Positions 9,232 through 19,401 of a stretch of DNA of 37,008 nucleotides are shown here, piece by piece; position 1 is the first letter of the stretch, and every line of letters begins with the position of its first letter. The position numbers and the translations under genes were made by a program. The stretch covers positions 1-37,008 of the forward strand of contig CAWIEK010000031.1 in assembly GCA_963835065.1 (NCBI GenBank). Reading direction: 5' to 3'. The notes beneath the pieces are model-generated. The model had not been told where the DNA came from and searched no databases. It was given only the letters and a program-made list of their open reading frames with translations. The stretch is from an uncultured Chthonomonadaceae bacterium (GTDB lineage: Bacteria > Armatimonadota > Chthonomonadetes > Chthonomonadales > Chthonomonadaceae).

Positions 9232-9459
9232 ACTTCCTCAAAGCCGGTACTTTTTGCAGCGTGAAGTTTGCCGGGAAATGCGGAACAATGTTGGTGGAGG
9301 CATGGAAGCCAGAAGCGCAACCGGATTGCAAAATGTCGTTTTGGCCCGCTTTCCCTTAAATCCTGTAACCATGCGAAGGTTGAAGTTCCGATTCCGGTCC
9401 CGAAAGGGAAATGCCCAGGCAGATAAATCGGGAACGCGCCCGCGCATGTTCATATAATA

Positions 9460-9527
9460 AAGTGGTAAGGGATAAGGGATAAGGGGTAAGCAGGAGGGGA
9501 GTGTACTTATCCCTTACCACTTATCCC
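9460..9527. repeat. inverted pair of heptamer (GGGATAA) repeat blocks
   Basis: AAGTGGTAAGGGATAAG (9460-9476) and CTTATCCCTTACCACTT (9506-9522) form a perfect 17-bp inverted repeat. Confidence 0.8.
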
Positions 9528-9632
9528 TTTTTTCCTTGTCTACCTAGCATCGGCGCAAGCAGAAGAGGTACAATATTCGCTGACCTGACAAGCCGGGAGT
9601 TTTCCTCCGGCATTTCGCTGTGGAGCGCGACT

Positions 9633-10496
9633 ATGCCTGCCGCCCGTAAAAACGCTGATTCGACGCCGAGCGCCGCCAATGCAAATACAGCCGGCGGGCG
9701 CAAGCCTACGCTCAGTCCCACGCGCATTGAAATTTATCTGGCCTGCGCCGTCAAGTACCGGTACATCTATCAGGATAAAATCGGGCGCTTTTACACGAAA
9801 GCGCGCGCCGGTTTTAGTTTTGGCAGTACGCTGCACCATGTCCTGCAGGATTTCCACGAGCAGGGAGCCACGCATACGCCCGAAGCGCTGGTGGAAGAAT
9901 TAGAGCAGAAATGGATCGGCGCGGGCTATCAAGACGCGCAGCAGGAAGCCGCGCACCGCGAAGCCGGGCAGCAGATCGTGCAGGCGTACCATGCCGCGCA
10001 TCAGGAGCGGGTTGTGGCGCAGGTGGAAACATTTGCGACCGAAAAAACCATTTCGTGCGATATGGGACGCTTCAAGCTGACGGGCCGCGTGGATCGCATT
10101 GACCGCCATGCTGATGGGCGACTGGAAATCATTGACTATAAAAGCGGGCGATGGGATACCAGCGCGGAAGAAGTCGCCAACAGCCTGGCGATGTGCTGCT
10201 ATCAGTTGATTGTCAAGCGTATGTACCCCGGTACGCCGGTTTTGGGAACCATTTATTGCCTGCGTTCGGGCAATCAGGCGACGGTGGAATTGGACAGCGA
10301 CACGCTGGAAGAATTCGCGCGCGAACTGACGCTGCTGGGCGATCAGATTCTGGATGAGGATTACAACGCCCTGCGCCCCGTACCGCTCGACATTTGCCCC
10401 GACTGCGATTTCCTGCCCCGCTGCTCCCGCTACTGGCGCGAACAGGAGCGGCGCGACAACATTCCCGCTGACGCGCCCTTTTCCGAAGATGCGTGA
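9633..10496 (+). CDS. PD-(D/E)xK nuclease family protein (RecB/AddB/Cas4-like, PDDEXK_1) with an Fe-S cysteine staple
   Basis: LSPTRI...C..KY, FGSTLH, LTGRVDRID, IIDYKSG, a QL motif and C-terminal CPDCDFLPRC. ATG 9633 follows GGAG. Confidence 0.9.
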   Translation: MPAARKNADSTPSAANANTAGGRKPTLSPTRIEIYLACAVKYRYIYQDKIGRFYTKARAGFSFGSTLHHVLQDFHEQGATHTPEALVEELEQKWIGAGYQDAQQEAAHREAGQQIVQAYHAAHQERVVAQVETFATEKTISCDMGRFKLTGRVDRIDRHADGRLEIIDYKSGRWDTSAEEVANSLAMCCYQLIVKRMYPGTPVLGTIYCLRSGNQATVELDSDTLEEFARELTLLGDQILDEDYNALRPVPLDICPDCDFLPRCSRYWREQERRDNIPADAPFSEDA

Positions 10497-10515
10497 CAAA
10501 TGGGAGTGATGGAAG

Positions 10516-10580
10516 TAGCCGCGAATGAACGCGAATATAAGTTCACCACAGAGACACCGAGACACAGAGGGGTCACAGAG
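10516..10580. repeat. composite 9-mer repeats (CGCGAATGA and CACAGAGA types)
   Basis: tagccgcgaatgaacgcgaat...ttcaccacagagacaccgagacacagaggggtcacagag. Confidence 0.75.
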
Positions 10581-10734
10581 AAATCGTGTTTAAGGGACTT
10601 TTACCAAGATGAGTGTTCCGGTCGCAGACCGGTTGGCGGAGCGCCCTGTAGACAGGGCGTTCACGACTCGGTCAGGTGGAATAGTTGCGACAAACCACGC
10701 TGTGGCTCGAAGGGAAATGATTTGGAAATGATTT

Positions 10735-11652
10735 ATGAACGGTGAAGCGCATGACAATTCCGCTGTGGGCGCGACTGTGGAGGGGAAAGCCGAAGGGAAA
10801 ACGCCCCGCCGGGAGCGCATGACCGTTCCGGGTGTGCGGGCGCGGAAGGCGGCGAACCGACAGGCGGAGGGACAGGCAACCGGACAGGCCGGGGAGAAAT
10901 CGGGCGCTAAACTGGTGATGCTGACGGCTTATGATTATCCTTCGGCGCAGTTAGCGGACCGGGCGGGCGTGGATATGGTGCTGGTAGGCGATTCGCTCGG
11001 CGCGGTTGTTTTGGGCTATAAGAACGTGGTTCCCGTTACGCTGGACGAGATTGTGCATCATGTGCGGGCGGTTCGGCGCGGCCTGAAAAACGCGCTGTTG
11101 GTTGCGGATTTACCGTTCGGCACGTATCAGGCCAGCATTGAGGACGCGGTTCGCAACGCGGCTATCTTACTCAAGGAAGGCGCGGAGGCCGTGAAACTGG
11201 AAGGCGGCGCGGCCATGCTGCCTACCGTGCAGCGCCTGACGGACGTAGGTATTCCGGTTATGGGGCATTTAGGATTGACGCCGCAGGCGATTTATCAGTT
11301 CGGGGGGCATCGGGCGCAGGGCGTGACGCCCGACAGCGCCGCGCAGTTACGGCAGGACGCGCTTGGCCTGGAACAAGCGGGCGCGTTCGGCATGGTGCTG
11401 GAAACCATTCCCGCAGTTCTGGCCGCGCAAATTACGGCTGAAGTAAATATCCCCACCATCGGCATCGGGGCGGGAGCGGGCTGTGACGGGCAGGTACAGG
11501 TGTGGCATGACATTCTTGGCCTGTCTTCGGGGCGCATTTTCAAACATACCAAGCATTACGCCGAAATCGGCCAACTGATCGAAGCCGCGCTCCGCGCTTA
11601 TGCGGACGAGGTGCGCGACAGCCGGTTTCCCACAGGGGAGCATAGTCTGTAA
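10735..11652 (+). CDS. panB: 3-methyl-2-oxobutanoate hydroxymethyltransferase
   Basis: Motifs [36 protein letters not shown] and [15 protein letters not shown]. Confidence 0.97.
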   Translation: MNGEAHDNSAVGATVEGKAEGKTPRRERMTVPGVRARKAANRQAEGQATGQAGEKSGAKLVMLTAYDYPSAQLADRAGVDMVLVGDSLGAVVLGYKNVVPVTLDEIVHHVRAVRRGLKNALLVADLPFGTYQASIEDAVRNAAILLKEGAEAVKLEGGAAMLPTVQRLTDVGIPVMGHLGLTPQAIYQFGGHRAQGVTPDSAAQLRQDALGLEQAGAFGMVLETIPAVLAAQITAEVNIPTIGIGAGAGCDGQVQVWHDILGLSSGRIFKHTKHYAEIGQLIEAALRAYADEVRDSRFPTGEHSL

Positions 11653-11654
11653 TA

Positions 11655-12542
11655 ATGCGAACGTTTCAGCAAGTCGGGCCGCTGCGCGCGTATCTGCGCA
11701 CCATCCGCCAAGAAGGTAAGACGATTGGTTTCGTGCCCACGATGGGGGCGCTGCACGAGGGGCATTTAACGCTTGCGCGGCGGGCAAGAGGGGATTGCGA
11801 CCTCGTTATCATGTCCATTTTCGTCAACCCCACGCAGTTCGGCCCCGGGGAAGATTTCGCCAGTTATCCTCGTGACCTGCACCGCGATCAGAGCATGGCG
11901 GCGCAGGCGGAAGTAGACGCGCTGTTTTCCCCCGAACTGGAAGAGATTTATCCGCCGGGAAGTGACACGATTGTGGATGTGCCGCAGATCGGCGCGCTAC
12001 TGGAAGGCGCGTCGCGTCCCGGCCATTTTCGGGGCGTGGCAACGGTTGTCACCAAGTTGCTCAACATCATACAGCCGGAACGGGCGTACTTCGGGCAGAA
12101 AGACTATCAGCAATTGCTCGTCATTGAGCGGCTGACCCGCGACCTGCATCTGCAAACGAAGATCGTGATGGTTCCCATTGTGCGCGAGGCGGATGGATTG
12201 GCGCTTTCATCCCGTAACGTCAATTTGTCGCCGGAGCAGCGACAGGCGGCAACGGTTTTGCATCGCTGCCTGACGCGGGCGCAGGCGCTGCTATCCGACG
12301 GCATTACCGATGCGCGGCAGGTGCGGCAGGAAGTGGAAAACTTGCTGGCGCAGGAACCTCTAGCGGCGTGTGATTACATAGCGCTGGTGGACTCGGAAAC
12401 CTTACAGCCCGTCGCCTCCTTGCAGGATCGGGTAACGCTGCTCGCCCTCGCCGCCCGCTTCGGCAAAACGCGCCTCATAGACAACTGCCTGCTCGCCCCC
12501 GAAGGCGTCACCGTTCCCAAACATTTGTTAGGCAGGGTTTGA
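11655..12542 (+). CDS. panC: pantoate--beta-alanine ligase
   Basis: Motifs GFVPTMGALHEGH, SIFVNPTQF, RPGHFRGV, FGQKDYQQ, DGLALSSRN and RLIDN. Confidence 0.97.
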   Translation: MRTFQQVGPLRAYLRTIRQEGKTIGFVPTMGALHEGHLTLARRARGDCDLVIMSIFVNPTQFGPGEDFASYPRDLHRDQSMAAQAEVDALFSPELEEIYPPGSDTIVDVPQIGALLEGASRPGHFRGVATVVTKLLNIIQPERAYFGQKDYQQLLVIERLTRDLHLQTKIVMVPIVREADGLALSSRNVNLSPEQRQAATVLHRCLTRAQALLSDGITDARQVRQEVENLLAQEPLAACDYIALVDSETLQPVASLQDRVTLLALAARFGKTRLIDNCLLAPEGVTVPKHLLGRV

Positions 12543-12578
12543 TTATCTTGTTTTAGAATGTCTTATTTTGAGTGTCTT

Positions 12579-13510
12579 TCAACGCGCGTCGGCCCAATTC
12601 GACTTTTCAAGCAGGCGGCGGATGGCAGGCGAACCATAACGCCGCGCCATTTTCAGCGCCGGCGCTCTGTATTTGTTGAAATGATCTATGTCCGCGCCAT
12701 GAGACAACAGTTCCCGAACATGGCAAGGTTATTGCGCGGCGGCGAGCCTGCATACTTTGGCGAGCGGCTATATCCCATTTCTACCGCAGCCATCAGCGCG
12801 CTTGGCGGGTCAGCGTTGGCCTTGTCTATAGCATCGCCGCGCAGATCGCCGTCAAGAAGTTTGTGCACAGCCTGGACATCGTTGCGGCGAATAGCGCGGA
12901 ACAGCGCGGCGGAAGCCGTTCGCTCATACTGCGCCCCTGCCTGCCGCAGCATCTTCACGATTTCGCCCTGATGTGACTCCTGCGCATAATCAAGAGCGGT
13001 TGTATCGTATTCATCTCCCCTGTTGACCTCTGCTTTGTAGCGCAGCAACGCCTGCACATTGGCTTTTTGTCTCGCCGAAATCGCCGCCATCAACGGAGTA
13101 ATCGCCTCGTGCCCCGCGCGATCATCGGTATATGCGCCATGCGTGAGCAGCAGTTCGACGATATGGGTATTGTTTTGCTGTGCAGCGCGGAATAGTGGTG
13201 TAAATCTGCGCATACCGCAGGCATCCGGGTCAGCTCCTTTTGCCAGCAGTTCCTCTACAAGTTCGGGCTGTTGATATTCCACTGCTTTAATTAGCGGCGA
13301 ATTGTTTTGCGCCTGATCGCTTGACTTATTCGGGTCAGGCACGTCTTTCACAGTCGCGCCGTGTGCCAGCAGCAACAGAGCGATCTGCCCGCTGCGCTGT
13401 TTGTCGTAGGAAGAAAGCGGCTCGTCATCCATGCCGCGCGGCGTCAGGGCGACCATCAAGGCCGGGTACGCAGGCGTAGGTTCCTCGTTGTTCTGGGTTA
13501 CAGAAGGCTT
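12579..13510 (-). pseudogene. ankyrin repeat protein, 5'-truncated and IS-interrupted, with a frameshift near 12717
   Basis: Ankyrin motifs (SPLIKA, TPLFRAA, TPLMAA, TALDYA, LL..GA). Restoring one G in atg(g)tt gives VRELLSHGADID...RRLLEK to TGA 12579-12581. The frame stays open up to the IS junction and has no good start. Confidence 0.8.
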
Positions 13511-13511
13511 A

Positions 13512-14476
13512 GAATCTATCTCAAAATAAGCGAGTGGCCTGCCGATGATAAAGTTACGACTACTTTTTTGGAGTGACTTATGGCGCAGACACCCTCTTTA
13601 CCGACGATCTGGCGTGTTCCCGACGAGTTATGGGAACACATTCAGGCGTTGATCAACCAGTACGATCCCCCTTGCAAACGCGGACGCAAGCGCATTGATG
13701 CCCGTCTTGCTCTCAACGGCATTATCTACCGAGCGCGTACCGGCTGCCAATGGAACCAACTCCCCAAGGAGTTTGGCGACGATGCCAGCATCCACCGCAC
13801 CTTGCAGCGGTGGGAGAAGCTGGACTTGTTCGGCAAGTTGTGGGCGGTCCTTCTGCGCAATTGCGACTTCTTGGGCGGCGTAGAGTGGGACTGGCAATCT
13901 GCCGATGCCTGCCTGAGCAAAGCGCGCGGTGTGCCTAAAAAGGGGCACAAGACGACGCCTGTGTCGGTCCCAATCCCACGGATCGTGGGAAGCAAGGCGT
14001 CAAAAAGAGCCTTTTAGTGGAAGGCGACGGCGGGCCGACGCGGCATTTGTATCAGCAGCGCCAACACCAATGACGCGCATCTGCTCGCGGCCACGATCAG
14101 CGCGGTGGTGGTGTACCGTCCGCAGCCCACGCCCGAAGAACCTCAAAACCTGTGCCTGGACAAAGGCTATGACAATCCGCGTGGGGAAGAAGCCGCTAAG
14201 AAAGCAGGCTATACGCCCCACATTCGCCGCATTGGCGAAGAAAAGAAAGACGAAGCGGGCGAGAAAACGCATCCGGCGCGGCGTTGGGTGGTGGAGCGCA
14301 CGTTTGCTTGGCTGTCGCGTTGGCGCGGCATCCTCATCCGGTGGGACAAAAAGCCCAGCAACTACCTGGCAACCTGCAAACTCGCCTGTGCCCTCCTGTG
14401 GTTCCGCAAGTTGCACGTATTAAAGCAAGAGGTCATCTTGCCCGTTGCAGAGCCACTTTCGTTTTGAGATAAATTC
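13512..14476 (+). mobile_element. IS5-family insertion sequence (965 bp) with a TTA target duplication
   Basis: Inverted repeats GAATCTATCTCAAAA (13512-13526) and TTTTGAGATAAATTC (14462-14476), one mismatch. TTA on both flanks (13509-13511 and 14477-14479). Confidence 0.93.
13580..14467 (+). CDS. IS5-family transposase (orfA/orfB joined by a -1 frameshift, plus an extra indel near 14040)
   Basis: OrfA has W..I..L.....GR.R...NGI.Y...TGCQW..LP. The slippery site is AAAAAGGGG near 13937. OrfB has GPNPTDRGK, LCLDKGYD and RWVVERTFAWL. Confidence 0.9.
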
Positions 14477-14502
14477 TTAGCGTCTGTGGGTGCAGGGACA
14501 GA

Positions 14503-15633
14503 TTATTTCAGAATGAACAGAACATCTGTGTAACTCTGGTAAGCGCGATTATCAACGGACCAGTTAAGCAGAAGGTCTTCTTGCGTGAAAGAGCGCGTAT
14601 CCAGATAAGAGCCAATCTCCTTCTGGAGAAGAGGATAGTCGCGCTTGAGTTTCCAACTCTCCTCAAGATTGTCCTGATTGACCAGTATCAGGAACAGCCG
14701 GTTGCTGGCGTCAAAGCGCTGTGCGCCCTGATTTTCATACAGCCATTGCAGCAAGGGACGCGGGTTGGCAACCGTGTCGGCAATAATCTCTTTCCGCTTC
14801 GCTACAAACTCCTTGTAAACCTGCTGAACCGCAGGATTGGAATTCTCGGAAAGCGCCGTGATGATGTCAAGCATCAGGTCAGGCGCAGGACGGCTATTAT
14901 CGAATGGGATTTGAAAGTGGCGGCAAGCGCGTTGCAGTTCGGAGAGTTCCTGTTGCACCAAACCTCGCTGCCGACGCTGTTCCTTGAGAAACTCCGCAGG
15001 GAAGTAGGTAACTTTGAGATCAAAAGGAATGTTGTCCACAAAAAAGTCTACCTGTTTGATTTGGCCGACCGTTGGCAGGACGCGCGGATGGTCTTTGAAA
15101 ATGTCTTCAATAAGAATGGACGTCCAGTTGTTGTACCAGGAACACAGGACAAAGCCCTTCAAACTTTGCAGCACTTCGGTTTCAATTTTGTTCACAAGTT
15201 CGTCGAAACGGGTGATCTTCTTGACATAGTTATTTACGAGATGCCTGTTAATGTCGTTTTGATGTATGCCGCCCCAATCAAAGATGCGCAATTTGAACAA
15301 TTCGGCAAGCAACGCTGTTTCACCGGCTTTGCGCTCGGCGCGTTCACCAGCGTACAAGTTTTGGATCGCTGTTTGCAGGACGGTCAGCGTCAACGGGGAT
15401 GTGTACAGCACACGAGGCAATTCTCTTACGGGTACAGCAGTCGTGTCTATGCCAATCTGTTCACACACATACAGCAAGTTCTCTCTTCTTGCCAGTGAGC
15501 GCAGTGTCAGGTAGAAAATACCGTCTTCCGTCGCCGTAAGCGACTGAAAATCGCCAGTTCTATACAGGTTCTCAAAGCGGCTGAAATCTTCGTTGAGACG
15601 TGATGGCACGAGGGAAGGACTCCTTACTGGCAT
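14503..15633 (-). CDS. putative type II restriction endonuclease (PD-(D/E)xK fold)
   Basis: VDFF...FDLK catalytic-like motif. It lies 6 bp downstream of a DNA methyltransferase in the same orientation and has lower GC. Confidence 0.65.
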   Translation of the reverse strand: MPVRSPSLVPSRLNEDFSRFENLYRTGDFQSLTATEDGIFYLTLRSLARRENLLYVCEQIGIDTTAVPVRELPRVLYTSPLTLTVLQTAIQNLYAGERAERKAGETALLAELFKLRIFDWGGIHQNDINRHLVNNYVKKITRFDELVNKIETEVLQSLKGFVLCSWYNNWTSILIEDIFKDHPRVLPTVGQIKQVDFFVDNIPFDLKVTYFPAEFLKEQRRQRGLVQQELSELQRACRHFQIPFDNSRPAPDLMLDIITALSENSNPAVQQVYKEFVAKRKEIIADTVANPRPLLQWLYENQGAQRFDASNRLFLILVNQDNLEESWKLKRDYPLLQKEIGSYLDTRSFTQEDLLLNWSVDNRAYQSYTDVLFILK

Positions 15634-15639
15634 CTGTCT

Positions 15640-17142
15640 TTAGCCCATTGGAAAGCGTTCCGACCATTCCGGCAATTGCTGTAACGCTAACGGCAATGCT
15701 GCTGTATCCGCCCCGCCTTTCTGGTAAAGCAGTACAAAATCCGTTTTGAGGCTGCCGTTGCGATTATCCTGAACGACGGAATTGGCGGAATAGTTAAGGG
15801 GAAAGCAGCCGCGATAACAAAGGTTTTGTGAGAGGGAAACCTTTGCGGAAAGGGCATTCCAGCTTTCCGTATCACGCGCATTGAATAATACTGCCAGATA
15901 TTTGCCGGGTTTCAGCACTCTGGCTACCTGCTCAAATACGGCTTCCATATCGGCGGAGTAGAGGGCTTTGGTCTTGTTCCGATTGCGGGCATTCGAGACG
16001 ACGATTTCACGTTCCAAGCACGGTTCCTTGCCGAGCAGAGCGTTCCACATCGCGCTGAGTTCCAGATAGGGAATCCGGTCGCTGTGCGGCGGATCGGTAA
16101 GGATGAGTGAAGCGCACTCCGAAGGCAATGCAGTTAAAATATCTCTGGCATCCGCTTCCACGATAGCCGCCTGCGCCCGATGGTTGAGTACGTCCTCCAT
16201 TGTTCCTGAAAGGCAGCGTCGTTCCTCTGTTGAAAGACGCGACAGGGCTTTCATCAAGACGCAAACCCGATGCTGAAAGCAGTTCCATACATTGATCTCG
16301 AAATGGAGTTCAGGACGCCAGTAACCAATGACCCAACTTCCGACTTCGATTTTGCTGGAGACGGCTCCGCTGGTTTTGCCGCGTCCTGTAATAGCGAAGA
16401 CCATCCGTGACATCTGCCCAGACGCCGACGTGAGCGCTAATCGCAGAGCGTCCTGAACTTCTTCCGGTTGCTGCGAAATGGCTTGCAGCAGCAAATCTAT
16501 GTTATGGCGGGCGCGTCCGGTAAACAGGTCATTCAGCGTGAGGTGTTCGGAAGTGTTGATGCGGGAATTGTGAAAGCTGCGCAGGGGTCGGGGGCATTGG
16601 AAAGCGTAGTCTTCATAATGCAGGAACAGGTCATTATCGTGTGTGGTAGGCGAGCGCTCGTCTCTGCCGCCTTTGCCGCGCGTCACCCGCCACACGGATT
16701 GAAGCGTTTCGCCGCTCCATAAATAATGTGTCGCAATGCCGCTGTCCGCCATACAGTATGTTTTGTCTATCGGTTCGCGCGCCTGATGTTCTATCGCGGC
16801 AACAGCGGTTCGGAATGTCGCCACATCCGGTAAATTCAACAGCAGGCGCGACAATTCAACAGCAATAGGATTGATGTCTATCCCAAGAAAGCGTCGGCCT
16901 CGCAGCACCGCTTCCCGTCCGACAAACCCGGAACCAACGAAGGGGTCAATAATGACATCCCCCGGTTGGGTCAGCGTTTCCATCAGGAACGCCAGACACT
17001 CCACAGGCTTCTTGCCCCAATACTTGTGAAAAGCCGCCAGACCTTTATAGCCCTCCGGCAACTCAATTTGATTTGCCGTCACCGCAACAGGCGCAGTCGG
17101 CAGGAAGGCATAGTCCAGCGTCAATTGAGTATCAAGCGTCAT
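15640..17142 (-). CDS. DNA amino-methyltransferase (m6A/m4C, alpha-type motif order)
   Basis: FHKYWGKKP, motif I IIDPFVGSG, GIDINP, motif IV variant ILTDPPH, and RVLKPG. Confidence 0.9.
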   Translation of the reverse strand: MTLDTQLTLDYAFLPTAPVAVTANQIELPEGYKGLAAFHKYWGKKPVECLAFLMETLTQPGDVIIDPFVGSGFVGREAVLRGRRFLGIDINPIAVELSRLLLNLPDVATFRTAVAAIEHQAREPIDKTYCMADSGIATHYLWSGETLQSVWRVTRGKGGRDERSPTTHDNDLFLHYEDYAFQCPRPLRSFHNSRINTSEHLTLNDLFTGRARHNIDLLLQAISQQPEEVQDALRLALTSASGQMSRMVFAITGRGKTSGAVSSKIEVGSWVIGYWRPELHFEINVWNCFQHRVCVLMKALSRLSTEERRCLSGTMEDVLNHRAQAAIVEADARDILTALPSECASLILTDPPHSDRIPYLELSAMWNALLGKEPCLEREIVVSNARNRNKTKALYSADMEAVFEQVARVLKPGKYLAVLFNARDTESWNALSAKVSLSQNLCYRGCFPLNYSANSVVQDNRNGSLKTDFVLLYQKGGADTAALPLALQQLPEWSERFPMG

Positions 17143-17307
17143 ATAGTTCTGTCTCAGCCAATACTTCTCTCATTGTACCTCGAAAGAACAGGGTAGCAGG
17201 AACAGCTGCCGCGTGTCGAACAAAGCGCGGCACACCGTTCTTGCCACAGTGTACCGCGCTCATACAGAGGAGGCTGTTTTATCGGTTTAAGGAAGTTTGC
17301 AGTCTTG

Positions 17308-17771
17308 TCACTTGACCTTCACGTCCATGCCTTTGTTCTTTTCTTGGTCGAACAAATGAATGCGTGGGCGATTTCTGTGATCAACATCAAGCTTCATGCG
17401 TATGTCTCTTCCTTGCACACCATAAAAGTAAAGGAAGGGGCTATCAAAGTAGGAAGTCTCATCCTTATCTGGCATCTGCCCCGCTACCATTTGATGGTCA
17501 TAATCGCTGATGCCCATATCCAAGCGTTTTCCCCCAAGTACGCCATAAAAAGTTAAGCGCATCATATCATTCTGGTCGGGACCAATTTCCACTCGCTGCT
17601 TCCCCTATTGCCGTATACAATGAGACGCCTCGTGTGAACCACATCTTGAATTTTGGCTTGTGTTTCCTTGTCGTATTGGTCTTGCCGTTTCGGTTCTGCC
17701 TTAGCCCAGATAAGCACTCCAATAGTTAGGAGTACGATAAGTTCTGCGGCAAAACGTTGGTTGCTGGTCAT
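17308..17771 (-). CDS. hypothetical membrane-anchored or secreted protein, split by a frameshift near 17602
   Basis: AGGAG SD and an N-terminal hydrophobic helix (ORF 17562..17771). Adding one G to aggggaag gives NRGKQRVEIG and joins ORF 17308..17592. Confidence 0.6.
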
Positions 17772-17958
17772 ATTTTCTCCTTTCAGTAAGCAGCCACATT
17801 AACAGGTAGCCGTACCATATGCCTTTCTCCCATCGTGAAAGAGAAGCATTTCTGCATCGTTCTAAGCCATTACGAGTAAGATACATGCCTATTCACACTG
17901 GCAATAGGCAAATTCCTTCTTCGTTCGAAAAATAAAAAGCATTTTTGAAAATCACTTC

Positions 17959-18186
17959 TTAACGCGCAACATTGCCACCACCTTGCAGCAGTTGTTCCAC
18001 CATCAGGAAATCCTCATCGGAGGCTTGTTCAAAAGCGTCGAATTCCGCTTGCAGTTCGGCGGCAATGGGCGGAAAGTGAAGGCGCAGAACATTCAGCAAC
18101 AGGCTGTCTTTGGATTGGCCGGAACGTTGCGCCATTTCTTCGGCGGCTTCGGCAATATCGTCCGGCACGGCTAATGTGTAACTCAT
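17959..18186 (-). CDS. small antitoxin-like protein (RHH/CopG-like N-terminus, acidic C-terminus)
   Basis: MSYTLAVPDDIAEAAEEMAQRSGQSKDSLLLNVL shows a beta-alpha-alpha pattern, with an acidic tail EQASDEDF. AAGGA SD. Confidence 0.65.
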   Translation of the reverse strand: MSYTLAVPDDIAEAAEEMAQRSGQSKDSLLLNVLRLHFPPIAAELQAEFDAFEQASDEDFLMVEQLLQGGGNVAR

Positions 18187-18236
18187 GGAAAATGTTCCTT
18201 TCTCAGTTTGCTAAACCGCGTGAACCTTCCATCCAC

Positions 18237-18632
18237 TCATGCTGCCGATTGCATAGGATGCCCGTAGGCTTGCAGAGCATCTCGCTGCTGCTGGCGCAGT
18301 CGTGCCGCCCATAGTATGGCATAGCCCTTGTATTGACCCGGCGAGTTTTTCTCCCAACTCAATGCGTCAAACAGTTTCAGCGCGTGCCGCAGACTGCCCG
18401 ATTTGGCATAACATATTCCTGCGCTGAACCCGTGCCGCGCCGCCATGTCTTTCTCACCTGCGCGGGCATAATACCGAGCAATTCGCGCTTCCATCGGGGC
18501 GGCAAGCGCATACCGCTCAATCGCCTGTTCTAATTCGCCCGTGCCAATCAACACAGAGGCTTCCAGCAACAGGTTCGACTTGTTCACGATCAACTCGGCT
18601 ATCGTTTCCGGCATATCGTGTTTTTTGCTCAT
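18237..18632 (-). CDS. hypothetical helical (TPR-like) protein
   Basis: GGAGG SD before ATG 18632. Ala-rich helical pattern (EQAIERYALAA...SAGICYAKSG.LRHAL). Confidence 0.7.
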   Translation of the reverse strand: MSKKHDMPETIAELIVNKSNLLLEASVLIGTGELEQAIERYALAAPMEARIARYYARAGEKDMAARHGFSAGICYAKSGSLRHALKLFDALSWEKNSPGQYKGYAILWAARLRQQQRDALQAYGHPMQSAA

Positions 18633-19126
18633 GGCATTGCCTCCTCTGGCGCCTAACGCGAAAGCCAAATCTTGCGCCGCGCAGAACCAACGATTACGAC
18701 ATAACCGCCCCTCGTTTTGGATTAGCCTGCAACCCGGCAAGCAAACCCATGCCGTTCCCTGCGCGTCACAAAAATACTGAAAAAAGAGCAAAATAATGTG
18801 GAAAAGATGAACCTTTTGCCCGTCTCAGACTGTCTAAACAGTGGTACAAACGTCTAAAGATGTAATACAGATGTTATTCATACAGGAAGGGAGGTGCAAA
18901 GCCTATGTTTCACCCCTCCCGTTCGCCCTGATGCTGCTGAGGCCACGACGCCTCTCTCCTACAACCTGACACAACGAGACATCGGGCTGGAAGCGCTGCA
19001 TTGCCAAGATTTCGACGATGACTCTACATATTGCCTTCTTTTTCGGCCTGTTACCTCCCAGGCATTGCGCCCATGTACACGCGGTTCCACGTTTTGAAAG
19101 CCTGCACCCCGGCAGGGGTATCGCTG

Positions 19127-19397
19127 CTATCCGCAGACAGTGCCGGAACCCAAACACTTTTGCAGGTACTGCCCGGTATAACTTTGCTTTACCTGCGCGA
19201 CTTGTTCCGGCGTTCCTTCCGCAATCAGCCTGCCGCCGCCATCGCCACCCTCCGGCCCCATGTCCAGTATCCAGTCACAGGTTTTGATCACGTCCAGATT
19301 GTGTTCGATGACAAGGACGCTGTTGCCTGCCGTCACTAAGCGGTTGAGGACGCCGATGAGTTTCTCCACGTCCGCAAAGTGCAGCCCCGTTGTCGGC
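19127..19397 (-). pseudogene. uvrA: duplicated 3' fragment of uvrA (direct repeat of 20159-20429)
   Basis: Encodes [10 protein letters not shown]...[10 protein letters not shown]. My manual alignment gives 28 nt differences in 271 and only 2 aa changes. Confidence 0.95.
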
Positions 19398-19401
19398 GCG
19401 T

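Noticed and set aside
9255..9330. c-di-GMP-II riboswitch-like words (GTGAAG...GGAAGCCAGAAGCGCAACC)
   Set aside because: The pseudoknot partner sequence is not present, so the similarity is probably chance.
9633..10496. Cas4 or a CRISPR locus
   Set aside because: There are no other cas genes and no repeat-spacer array. Nearby repeats are 7-9-mer tandem units without unique spacers.
17701..17886. 61-aa minus-strand ORF
   Set aside because: It overlaps the better-supported gene starting at 17771 and shows no recognisable motif.
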